A stretch of DNA of 64,000 nucleotides from contig JANMKC010000010.1 of assembly GCA_031371785.1 (NCBI GenBank), forward strand, positions 389 to 64,388. Direction: 5' to 3'. Every line of letters starts with the position of its first letter. Position 1 is the first letter of the stretch. The DNA is from Flavobacteriales bacterium (GTDB taxonomy: Bacteria; Bacteroidota; Bacteroidia; Flavobacteriales_F; PHOS-HE28). A program made the position numbers and the translations under genes. This document shows positions 18,675 to 27,147 of this stretch, in pieces. A model generated the notes under the pieces. It was not told the DNA's origin and made no database searches. It saw nothing but the letters and a program-made list of their open reading frames with translations.

Positions 18675-20843
18675 TCAAAGGAAAATGCGCACACCGCCAT
18701 TCACAACGAGCCCTTCGAGCGGTGCATAGATGTCGCGGAACTGCGGCTGCGTGATGCTTCCTGTGTAGATCGTATCCCAACGCGATTGGCGGCGGTCCGT
18801 GAGGTTCTCGCCGTTCAGGAACACGGCGAGGTGCTTCCATTGTTTCTCGATCAATGCGCCGAGCATCACATAGCCACGACCGGTCGCGCCGTCGTTCAGC
18901 GTTTGTTCGCTCACCGCGATCCCTTCAATGCCGATGCGCCAACTCTTGGGCACTTCGTAGGTGAGCACTACGTTGCCCCGGTGTGCTGGTGTGAGCGGCT
19001 GTTGCCGATCGCCTCCATCAAAATGCTGTCGCGTGTCGGTGTAGGTGTAGCCCACGTACACCGCGAATTCCTCGAATTTGATCTTCACATTCGTTTCGGC
19101 ACCCTGTGTTGCGATGTGGCCATCGGCGTTCATGGCCCCGATCAACGGATCGTTCAACCGTGTGTAGAACACCAGTTGGTCGATGCTCAGGAAGATCTCG
19201 TCCAGTTGCGCACGGAAGTTCACATCAGCGTTTCCCCCGAAACTGGTCTCCGCTCGAATGCCATGCGGATCATTGCTCTCCAGACCCGCATACCCGTCCT
19301 GTTCGGTGGTCTCATTGAAGGGGCTCGGCATCTTGTAGCCGAAGCCACCGCCCGCGCGGGCGGTCCAATGTTGCTTGTCACGCCACACGATGTTCAGACG
19401 GGGCAATGTGAAAAGGCCCGTTGGTCGTGAATGCGGTGTCGGGTCGTTCTGGTCTATGCGCAAGCCGGTCTCCAGCGCCACGCGATCGTTGATGTCGTAG
19501 GTATGCTGCACGAATGCGCCTTCGGTGGTGTTGTATTGGCGGTGTTCGGCCGTGCCGTAGGTCGCCCTGAACACATCGTTCCATAGGTTCAGGCCAGCCA
19601 CCAACGAGCTGCGGCCCCGCTTGCGGCTCATGTTCGCCTCCAGGAACGACGAAACCTGATCGCCCTGGAAGTCACGGTCCGCCAACCCCAATGATCGATC
19701 GAAGAAGCTGGCGCTGCCTTTGATCTGCAACAGCCATTCCTCGTTCACCCGATGGCTCACGGCGAACTGTGCCGACGAGCGGAAGGTCTTGTTGCGCTCG
19801 AAATACCGGTGCGTGCTATCCGCCTGCCCGGCGATCACGCGCATATCACCGCCAAGCCGATCCTCGGTGGTCAGGTTCACACCGATCCAAGCCGTGGTGC
19901 GCTCGCTGAAGTACAGAAAGAGCTTTGGGTTCAGTGTGAAGCGGTCGTACTTCGGTATAGCGGAGAGCCCGATACCCGCGGGGTCGTATGCGTCGTTGCC
20001 ATTGTATGCCCCAAGGCAGGTCAGGCCCACCTTCTTCCACTTCTGTGCATAGAACAGGCTGGCATCGCGGCCTCTGGCGCTGTTGGCATTGAGCAAGGCG
20101 GTCAGTTCGGTTTTGTCTTGCGGCGTCTTGCTGATCAGGTTCACCAAGCCTGCTATAGCGCCACCTCCATAGAGCGTGGACGCGCTGCCCTTGATGTACT
20201 CGACCTGCTGGAGGTCGAGCGGCTGGATCTGCATGATGCTGAGCCCACCTTGGAAACCGCCGTAGAGCGGCAGGCCATCCTTCAGGATCTGCGTGTACCG
20301 CCCGTCCAATCCTTGTATGCGGATGTTCGCCGTGCCGCTTACCGCGCTGGTCTGTTGCGTGGCAATGCCGGTGCTTTCGTTCAGCAGCATGCGGATGTTG
20401 CCGGGCTGCATGCTGCTCTTCTCTTCCAGTTCTTCGCTGCCGATCACCTCCACGCGGGTAGGCACATCCCTGATGCTGCGACCGGTCCGCGTGGTCTGTA
20501 CCACCACCTCATCCAGTTCGCTCGCGGCGGGTTCCATGTACACCTCGAATACCCGTGCCGGGTCGGACAACGGGAAGGACACCTCAAGCGTACGTGCGGC
20601 GTATCCGATGAAGCTGAACCGTATGGTGAATGTGCCATCGGGGATGTTCGCGACCATCACTTGGCCATTGCCGTCCGAAGCACCGCCAAGCTTCAACGCT
20701 TCAATGAACACCGAGACCCCTGGCATCGTCCCACGGTCATGTTCATCCTTGATCACCGTATGGAATACGTTCTGTGCATGCACTTGGAACGATACGCACA
20801 ACGCTGCGACGAATGGGGTAAGGATCTTCAGCATGCTGGGCAT
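18675..20843 (-). CDS. TonB-dependent receptor with CarboxypepD_reg-like N-terminal domain
   Basis: Signal MPSMLKILTPFVAALCVSFQVHAQ; GTFTIRFSFIGY, plug and barrel-type sequence. Confidence 0.85.
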   Translation of the reverse strand: MPSMLKILTPFVAALCVSFQVHAQNVFHTVIKDEHDRGTMPGVSVFIEALKLGGASDGNGQVMVANIPDGTFTIRFSFIGYAARTLEVSFPLSDPARVFEVYMEPAASELDEVVVQTTRTGRSIRDVPTRVEVIGSEELEEKSSMQPGNIRMLLNESTGIATQQTSAVSGTANIRIQGLDGRYTQILKDGLPLYGGFQGGLSIMQIQPLDLQQVEYIKGSASTLYGGGAIAGLVNLISKTPQDKTELTALLNANSARGRDASLFYAQKWKKVGLTCLGAYNGNDAYDPAGIGLSAIPKYDRFTLNPKLFLYFSERTTAWIGVNLTTEDRLGGDMRVIAGQADSTHRYFERNKTFRSSAQFAVSHRVNEEWLLQIKGSASFFDRSLGLADRDFQGDQVSSFLEANMSRKRGRSSLVAGLNLWNDVFRATYGTAEHRQYNTTEGAFVQHTYDINDRVALETGLRIDQNDPTPHSRPTGLFTLPRLNIVWRDKQHWTARAGGGFGYKMPSPFNETTEQDGYAGLESNDPHGIRAETSFGGNADVNFRAQLDEIFLSIDQLVFYTRLNDPLIGAMNADGHIATQGAETNVKIKFEEFAVYVGYTYTDTRQHFDGGDRQQPLTPAHRGNVVLTYEVPKSWRIGIEGIAVSEQTLNDGATGRGYVMLGALIEKQWKHLAVFLNGENLTDRRQSRWDTIYTGSITQPQFRDIYAPLEGLVVNGGVRIFL

Positions 20844-21340
20844 GATCTACCCGTTACACGGGATGAGCATGTGATCTCTGTTCCGTATCGGGGAACAAGT
20901 TAGCCTCACGATGGGTGCCCATTCTAACGCGAGCGTCTTTCAGCAGCCGAAGCGTTCCTCGGTCGACGAAGCATGGCGAAGGAGACGCGCGAAGGCTTGC
21001 CGCGCTCGTGGCTTTTGAAAGCGACCTCGTACGACGCACGAGCGAAGACGCGCGCGCGAAAAACGGAGGTTGCAAGCGCATGGCACGCGGGAAACACCCG
21101 AGCGCCGGGGTGGGTGCTGGATGTGGAACCAATATTAGCGCGTTGACAGGGCTTCGCGAATTCAGTTCCGCTGCCCGTTGAAGTAGTTTCGGCCCGTTGC
21201 CCGGTGATGCCTTTGTACCGAACCTGCAAGGGGTCGTACGTCGACAAGCACCGGGCAACGCTATTCAGACGCGAGTGTGTTACCTTCGAGCAAGGAAGGA
21301 ACCCTTGGCCAGCGAACGTTCCAGGAAGTACACGGCAACC

Positions 21341-22201
21341 ATGAAACTGTTGGCGATCACCTGCTCGCTCGCATTCTGCCTCGGCCTATTGGCCCGCGCG
21401 CAGCAGCCTGCGCCACCCCGTCCGCCAAAGGCCTCCTCGCCTTGGTCCCTCGTCATTTCCTTCCAGAACGAATTCGAGCTGGATGGTCACATCCAAGTGC
21501 GTGAATGGCAATTCGTGGGCGACAAGCTCGACCTCAAAAAGGACCTGGGCATGGCCCAATGGCGCTCGCTCGCCATGGCAGGGGAATACCACCTGAAGCA
21601 CCATGCATCCGTGTCGCTCTCTGTGGAGGACTTCTTCTTCCATGGCCATGCCACTGTCAATAAGGACATCTGGTTCAACGGTGTACACATGAGCGGTTCC
21701 GATGGACTAACGTCAAGCAGCACCGAACTGTACAGGATAGTGCTCACCTACGAGAAGAAGATCCATGCGGAACGAAAGCTCCATCCCTCGCTATGCATAG
21801 GGCTCATCACCGACTTTCTCACCTTCCGCGTCGTGGGCCGGGTGCTCCCGGACTCGTGGGGCACAGAGCAGCGCGAGAAATTCGCCCGCCAGACCTTGCC
21901 CTTCCCGTATGTGGGCGCGAAGGTCTTTGGCGAGCTTGGGTCCACCAATTTCCTGGTGGCGGAGTTTGGTGGCACCTGCATCCCGGAGTTCAAGAGCTTT
22001 TTTGTCGAAGGCAGTCAAATGCGGCTACAGTATGCCACCGCACAGGGCGGGCTGGATTACGGCTACCGCCTAAGGAAGTCCAGCCTCCAAGTTGGTATTC
22101 TCTATCGCACGCTCAGGATCTTGCAGGAGAGCACCGAAGACACCAACGAGTTCCTCTTCCAAGCGCTTGGCATCCGGCTCCGGTTCGAGCACGCGTTCTG
22201 A
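21341..22201 (+). CDS. Hypothetical outer-membrane beta-barrel-like protein
   Basis: Start trimmed to MKLLAITCSLAFCLGLLARAQ; alternating-hydrophobic strands; terminal LRFEHAF aromatic residue. Confidence 0.5.
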   Translation: MKLLAITCSLAFCLGLLARAQQPAPPRPPKASSPWSLVISFQNEFELDGHIQVREWQFVGDKLDLKKDLGMAQWRSLAMAGEYHLKHHASVSLSVEDFFFHGHATVNKDIWFNGVHMSGSDGLTSSSTELYRIVLTYEKKIHAERKLHPSLCIGLITDFLTFRVVGRVLPDSWGTEQREKFARQTLPFPYVGAKVFGELGSTNFLVAEFGGTCIPEFKSFFVEGSQMRLQYATAQGGLDYGYRLRKSSLQVGILYRTLRILQESTEDTNEFLFQALGIRLRFEHAF

Positions 22202-22405
22202 AGCCACGAACGAAAGAGGGCTACTCGAACAACTTCTCCTGCCCCTTCTTCCCCGTCTCCTTCTTCGCCTTTTGAATTTCATATCAGGCACTCTCGGATG
22301 CGCAGGGTCCGACCTGCTTTCGCCAAAGCGCTCTGGCAGGGGAAAAGCGGGACGCGCCGGAAGTTCAAGGCAATGCGGTAGCCGAACTATCTTATGATCA
22401 CCGGC

Positions 22406-22858
22406 CTATCCCAGTTCCACTTCCTCTGCCTTGCGGTCGAAGAGCCAGGCCAGCAATTCCTCTTCGGTGCGGAAGTAACCCACTTGGAAGGTGAACGCGC
22501 CTGCGGAATGGTCCATGATCCGGTCCACGCTCATCTGGTTGAAGAAATCGCTGGAGGGCAAGAGCGCCATCTTCCTGAGCACGCCGGCCTGGATCAGTCG
22601 TGGGAACCAATCCTCATTGGTCCATTTCTCTTCGGGTTGCAGAATGGCGCTCATGTGCCTGAGGTCGGCCAGCCAATAAGTCACTTTGTTGCGGCGAACG
22701 AAATCGAGCGCGAACTCCAGGCCCCGGCGGTAGTCGGTGCCGGTCGCGTAGGTCGTCCATCGCAGCACGATCATGCGCTGCCCGGGGTGGTAAGTGATCT
22801 TCAGGAAAGGCTCATGGAAGAGCAGTTGCTCATCGGTGCGATCCTCGTTCCAGCTCAT
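22406..22858 (-). CDS. Hypothetical cytoplasmic protein (STAS/SpoIIAA-like fold is a guess)
   Basis: Start trimmed to MSWNEDRTDEQLLFHEPFLKITYHPGQRMIVLRW; good third-position GC coding pattern; no motif recognised. Confidence 0.45.
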   Translation of the reverse strand: MSWNEDRTDEQLLFHEPFLKITYHPGQRMIVLRWTTYATGTDYRRGLEFALDFVRRNKVTYWLADLRHMSAILQPEEKWTNEDWFPRLIQAGVLRKMALLPSSDFFNQMSVDRIMDHSAGAFTFQVGYFRTEEELLAWLFDRKAEEVELG

Positions 22859-23049
22859 GGGTGGGTGATAGGCCTCCAAATTACATGATCCGGAAGCAGG
22901 ACCGGGGATCTCTTCGGACGAACGACTGTTATGCCGTTTGAAAGCCTCTCTTGTATCGGGCTTTTCGCGCTCATGGTGCGGAGGTATCGAAGCATGGGCG
23001 CGACCGCCACAACACCACCGCGCTACCTTCGACCCTGAAATTCCCGCCC

Positions 23050-24498
23050 ATGAACCGATCATTCCTCCTCCTGCTCGTCGTGCTTCCCCTCACCCAGCTC
23101 CGCGCGCAAACCCTATTATGGGGTCCGGAACTTTCCTGCGGAACCATGAGTGAAAGCAACCTGCGCCCGCGGGTGCAACTGAACGCCGACGGCGGTGCGG
23201 TGGTGTTGTGGGGGCGCTCTTCCCCTGCGGCCAACTTCGTGGCGGTGGGCGACGGATCAGCGTTCAGCTCGGCTATGCAGGTGAGCCCGGCGGATGTGGA
23301 GCTTGGCGTGGCGAACTGGATGGGCAGCAGCTTGGCTGCGGAAGGAAACACCATTTGGGCCGTGATGAAAGTGGCGCCCGAGGATATGAACCCCTGCTAT
23401 GTGGTGCGCTCGGATGATGGCGGCTACACATGGAGCGACACGATGCGCGTGGATCCGATGGATGGTCTGCTCTCGCGATTCCCTTCCATCGTGGTGGTGC
23501 CCGGTGCGGGGCCGGTGGTGCAGTACATGCAATTCACTGGTGGGTTCGCTGGTGATGCGCACTATGTGACCACGCGCATGGTCGGTGGCCTGTTCCAAGC
23601 CCCTGTGCAGGTAAGCTCGCCCTTCGCTCCCGGCGAGGTGTGCGACTGCTGCCCCGGCCAGGTGGTTGCAAGCGGCAACACACTGGTATCGCTCTACCGC
23701 AATGCGGGATCGAACATCCGCGTGATCTGGGGCGGTGCCAGCAGCGATGGCGGTGCCACCTGCACGGCCGGTGCGCAGTTGGATGCCACCGATTGGTTCC
23801 TCGATGCCTGTCCTTCTTCTGGCCCCGCCGCATACATCACCGGCGATTCGATCCGCTCGGTCTGGATGTCGGGCGGCAGCGGGATGACGCGCGTGTATCT
23901 CGGCAGTGCGCATCTCCCCGATCTTGTTCCCGGAGCGCAGCGCATGGTGTACGCGGGTATCCCGTCGAGCACTACGCAGAACTATCCGCGCATAGCAGGC
24001 AGTGGCGACACGCTCGGCATCGTATGGCAACAGAACGGTGGTGGCAATTGGGCCATCCTCTTCAGCCATAGCACCACCGGTGCGGCAGGACTCTCCTTAC
24101 CGGACACGCTGGCCATCGGCGGTTCTGGTGCAATGGCAACGCCGGATATCACCTTCGCCAATGGCACTTTCCACATCGTTTGGAGCGACAACAGCGCGGA
24201 TGTTGTGCGCTACCGTTCCGCCACGGTGCTCAACACAACGGGGATCGCCGCACCCCTGCAACGCTCCGCATTGCGTCTTTGGCCTGTGCCAGCGAGCGAT
24301 GTGCTGTTCGTTGACGCCTCGCTCCTCAACGCGGCCCGCTTCGAAGTGGTCGATCCGCTGGGCCGATCGCTCCTGCGCGGGCCGTGTACGCCGTCAATGG
24401 CCGTGGATGTGGCCCCCCTTGCGAGCGGCAGCTATACCCTTCGCCTTTTCGATGCGCACAGCTTGGGCGTGGCGGCCGGGAGGTTCGTGAAAGAGTAG
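23050..24498 (+). CDS. BNR/Asp-box (sialidase-fold-like) secreted protein with T9SS C-terminal domain
   Basis: Start trimmed to MNRSFLLLLVVLPLTQLRAQ; Asp-box RSDDGGYTWSD; CTD LRLWPVPASDVLFVDA...GSYTLRLFD. Confidence 0.65.
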   Translation: MNRSFLLLLVVLPLTQLRAQTLLWGPELSCGTMSESNLRPRVQLNADGGAVVLWGRSSPAANFVAVGDGSAFSSAMQVSPADVELGVANWMGSSLAAEGNTIWAVMKVAPEDMNPCYVVRSDDGGYTWSDTMRVDPMDGLLSRFPSIVVVPGAGPVVQYMQFTGGFAGDAHYVTTRMVGGLFQAPVQVSSPFAPGEVCDCCPGQVVASGNTLVSLYRNAGSNIRVIWGGASSDGGATCTAGAQLDATDWFLDACPSSGPAAYITGDSIRSVWMSGGSGMTRVYLGSAHLPDLVPGAQRMVYAGIPSSTTQNYPRIAGSGDTLGIVWQQNGGGNWAILFSHSTTGAAGLSLPDTLAIGGSGAMATPDITFANGTFHIVWSDNSADVVRYRSATVLNTTGIAAPLQRSALRLWPVPASDVLFVDASLLNAARFEVVDPLGRSLLRGPCTPSMAVDVAPLASGSYTLRLFDAHSLGVAAGRFVKE

Positions 24499-24518
24499 CA
24501 ACGAAAGCTCCGACCGGC

Positions 24519-25019
24519 TCACATGGTGGCCCCATGCGCCTGCGGCAAATGCCCCATGGCCGCGAAGGCGATGGCCATGCCCACGCCTCCCATCACATAG
24601 AGGCAGAGCACCACGATCATCAATACGCCGATATAGCCGTAGAAGGAACGGTGCGCTTGCAACGCGCTGCTGAAGCTGTCCGCATCGAAGGGTCCGCGCA
24701 GCGCCTTCAATGTCCGCGAGGCATACTGGTAAAGGAAGAGGGTGGGGAAGAAATAGATCACGGCCGAGATGAGGAAGATCACCAGGTAGATGGTTCCGAG
24801 CATGCTCGTATCGAAGGGCATGGCGTTGCCCGTCATCTGCGACTGCATAGCCATGATCTTTCCAAGAAACGAACCCATGAACGCGCCGAAAACCACCATG
24901 AGCCCGAGCATGATGAAACCCACGATGGCCAGGAAGCGCGCCCACTTGGCGGTGCCGCGGATCTGGTCGGCATCGGCCGGTGAAAGTTGTGTAGGGTTGT
25001 TGAGGGTGGAGAAGGTCAT
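24519..25019 (-). CDS. Hypothetical multi-pass membrane protein (DUF5362-like by recollection)
   Basis: Four hydrophobic segments, e.g. ARFLAIVGFIMLGLMVVFGAF. Confidence 0.5.
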   Translation of the reverse strand: MTFSTLNNPTQLSPADADQIRGTAKWARFLAIVGFIMLGLMVVFGAFMGSFLGKIMAMQSQMTGNAMPFDTSMLGTIYLVIFLISAVIYFFPTLFLYQYASRTLKALRGPFDADSFSSALQAHRSFYGYIGVLMIVVLCLYVMGGVGMAIAFAAMGHLPQAHGATM

Positions 25020-25031
25020 GGGGCAAGGGTA

Positions 25032-25496
25032 TTACTTGTCGGTACCAAGTCGTGGCAGCTCGATCTCATCGGGCACCACGTAGAGGCCGGGGAACTCATC
25101 GCTGAGATCAGCGCGCAATTTGTCCGCAGGCAGCTTGCTGCGCAGGTCGCCCACACGAACACGGAAATTGGGCGCGAAGTAGCTCAGGTAGGCGGGCACG
25201 TTCGGATGGCGCCCCAAGAAAGAGCGACGGATCTCCTCGGCCTTGGTGCGATCGCCGAGGAAGAGCTGCACGCGGTAGCCTTTCAGCGGTTGCTTCTTCG
25301 ATGCGTACTCTTTCATCAACGACGAGATGCGGGCGCTCTCGTGTATCGTCACGTGGCCGGTGTCGCCGCTCACCGCGATGGGCTTCGATACCATTGGCGT
25401 GGTGACCGGTGCGGATGGCGTGAAGACGCGCGGGTCCGTTTGCGCGCGCAGTTGAACAGCGAGCGAGAGGGCTAGGAAGATGGGCAGATGATGCAT
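25032..25496 (-). CDS. SPOR-domain protein
   Basis: Start trimmed to MHHLPIFLALSLAVQLRAQ; C-terminal GYRVQLFLGDRTKAEEIRRSF...FRVRVGDLRSKLPADKL SPOR-like repeat. Confidence 0.65.
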   Translation of the reverse strand: MHHLPIFLALSLAVQLRAQTDPRVFTPSAPVTTPMVSKPIAVSGDTGHVTIHESARISSLMKEYASKKQPLKGYRVQLFLGDRTKAEEIRRSFLGRHPNVPAYLSYFAPNFRVRVGDLRSKLPADKLRADLSDEFPGLYVVPDEIELPRLGTDK

Positions 25497-25538
25497 CGGT
25501 GCGAAGGTATTGGTGGTGGTTGGTTGTCGGAGAAATGC

Positions 25539-25620
25539 AGTGGGCAGTAGCAGTAGGCAGCGGCAGTAGGCTGCGGAACGTGTGCGGTACATCTGCCTAC
25601 TGCTACTGCCGCTGCCCACT
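25539..25620. repeat. Low-complexity long hairpin (cagtag/ctactg units)
   Basis: gcagtagcagtaggcag (25544-25560) is the exact reverse complement of ctgcctactgctactgc (25593-25609); outer agtgggcag/ctgcccact also pair. Confidence 0.8.
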
Positions 25621-25758
25621 CTCGAACTCTTCTCCTGGACCGGAAAAAACCCAAGCCCGACACGGTTATCGACGGCATCCGAATTCTTAGAACGATTCTA
25701 AATAGATGACATGTGCGTGACATTTTTCGCTGCGACTTTCGTCGTATCGGTCGGCGGC

Positions 25759-25766
25759 TACTTTTG
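25759..25766 (+). promoter_or_regulatory. Candidate Bacteroidota -7 promoter box (TAnnTTTG) for the act operon
   Basis: tacttttg 43 nt upstream of actA ATG; AT-rich region with palindrome ttagaacgattctaa at 25687-25701. Confidence 0.4.
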
Positions 25767-25808
25767 CGCCGCGCCGATCGACCGTGATCCGCGCCCAAAT
25801 CGTCCGGA

Positions 25809-27131
25809 ATGCCGCTCCCACCAAGGATCCACAAGAGTTTCACCGGGCTCCTCCACACTACCCTCGCCTTCGCTTTACTGATCTCGACGACCCTCTTGCA
25901 CGCGCAAGCGGACAAGGCGATGTACGCCACAGGAGAGAAAACCTTCAAGGCGAACTGCGGCAGTTGCCACAAGCCGGACACCAAGCTCACCGGCCCGGCA
26001 CTGAAGGGCGCGAAGGCCAAGTGGGAAGGCAAGGGCAACATCCACGCGTGGATCAAGAACAGCCAGGCTGAACTGAAGACCGGCGACCCGATGGCGGTGG
26101 CCATTTGGGCGGAGTACAAGCCCACCATCATGACACCGAATGCGGTGTCGGACGCGGATATCGACGCCATCCTTTATTACGTCGACAACTATGTCCCGAA
26201 GGTCATCGTCAAGGGTCCAGAACCTCCGTTGCCTCCAGGTGGACGGCCCCAGGACGGCGCATGGCAGTGGCTCGTAATCGTGACACTGCTCCTCTTGGTG
26301 GTGGTGCTCTCCCTTGGAGGAGTGAAGCACCAGCTGCGGAACGCGTTGCGCGAGCGCGAAGGCCAGGAGCCGCTGCCCGAGCGCAGCATCTGGGGCAACA
26401 TCAAGCATTGGGCGTGGACGCACAAAGCATGGGCATCCGTAGCGGGTCTGCTCATTTTCGTCTGGCTTTTCCTGCAAGCATGGGATTGGGCCTACCACAT
26501 AGGAGTGTATGGCGGCGATGAAGTGGCACATTACAAACCCGAACAACCGATCAAGTTCAACCACACGCTGCACGCGGGCAAAATGGCGATCAACTGCCAG
26601 TACTGCCACAGCAGCGCGGAGAAGAGCAAGCACGCCGGCATCCCCAGCGCGAACGTGTGCATGAACTGCCACAAAGCGATCGATCAAGGACCCACTACGG
26701 GCAAGGACGAGATCGCCAAGATCTATGCGGCGGTGGGCTGGGATCCGGAGAAGAAAGTGTACACCGGCAAGGAGAACCCGATCAAGTGGGTGAAGGTGCA
26801 TGTGCTGCCTGACCATGTGGCCTTCAACCATTCTGTTCACGTCGCCGTGGGGAAGATCGAATGCCAGAAATGCCATGGCCCGGTGGACACCAAGATGGAC
26901 GTCGCTGAGCAATGGAGCCCGCTCACCATGGGCTGGTGCATCCAGTGCCACAACGAGACCGAAGTGCCACAGATGGCCGCCGGTGCCGCACCCAATGGCT
27001 ACTACCAGGAGATCCACCGGCGACTCACCGAGACACCGATGGGCAACAAGGAACTGCAGAAATATTTGGAGGACGAGAAGATCACAGTGAGGGAGCTAGG
27101 CGGTTGGGAATGCGCCAAGTGCCACCAATAA
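25809..27131 (+). CDS. actA: Alternative complex III subunit ActA, multihaem cytochrome c with N-terminal monohaem cytochrome c domain
   Basis: Six CxxCH motifs (CGSCH, CQYCH, CMNCH, CQKCH, CIQCH, CAKCH); first gene of actABCDEF order. Confidence 0.85.
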   Translation: MPLPPRIHKSFTGLLHTTLAFALLISTTLLHAQADKAMYATGEKTFKANCGSCHKPDTKLTGPALKGAKAKWEGKGNIHAWIKNSQAELKTGDPMAVAIWAEYKPTIMTPNAVSDADIDAILYYVDNYVPKVIVKGPEPPLPPGGRPQDGAWQWLVIVTLLLLVVVLSLGGVKHQLRNALREREGQEPLPERSIWGNIKHWAWTHKAWASVAGLLIFVWLFLQAWDWAYHIGVYGGDEVAHYKPEQPIKFNHTLHAGKMAINCQYCHSSAEKSKHAGIPSANVCMNCHKAIDQGPTTGKDEIAKIYAAVGWDPEKKVYTGKENPIKWVKVHVLPDHVAFNHSVHVAVGKIECQKCHGPVDTKMDVAEQWSPLTMGWCIQCHNETEVPQMAAGAAPNGYYQEIHRRLTETPMGNKELQKYLEDEKITVRELGGWECAKCHQ

Positions 27132-27147
27132 GAACACGCGCGGAACG

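Noticed and set aside
20854-21258. ORFs of 88-134 aa in the large intergenic region
   Set aside because: They mutually overlap on both strands, have Arg/Ala/Ser-rich composition, no motifs and no sensible start context, so they are treated as non-coding.
25809-26200. N-terminal monohaem cytochrome c fused to ActA as a possible novelty
   Set aside because: To my knowledge this fusion is the usual form of the first ACIII gene in Bacteroidota, so it is not unusual.
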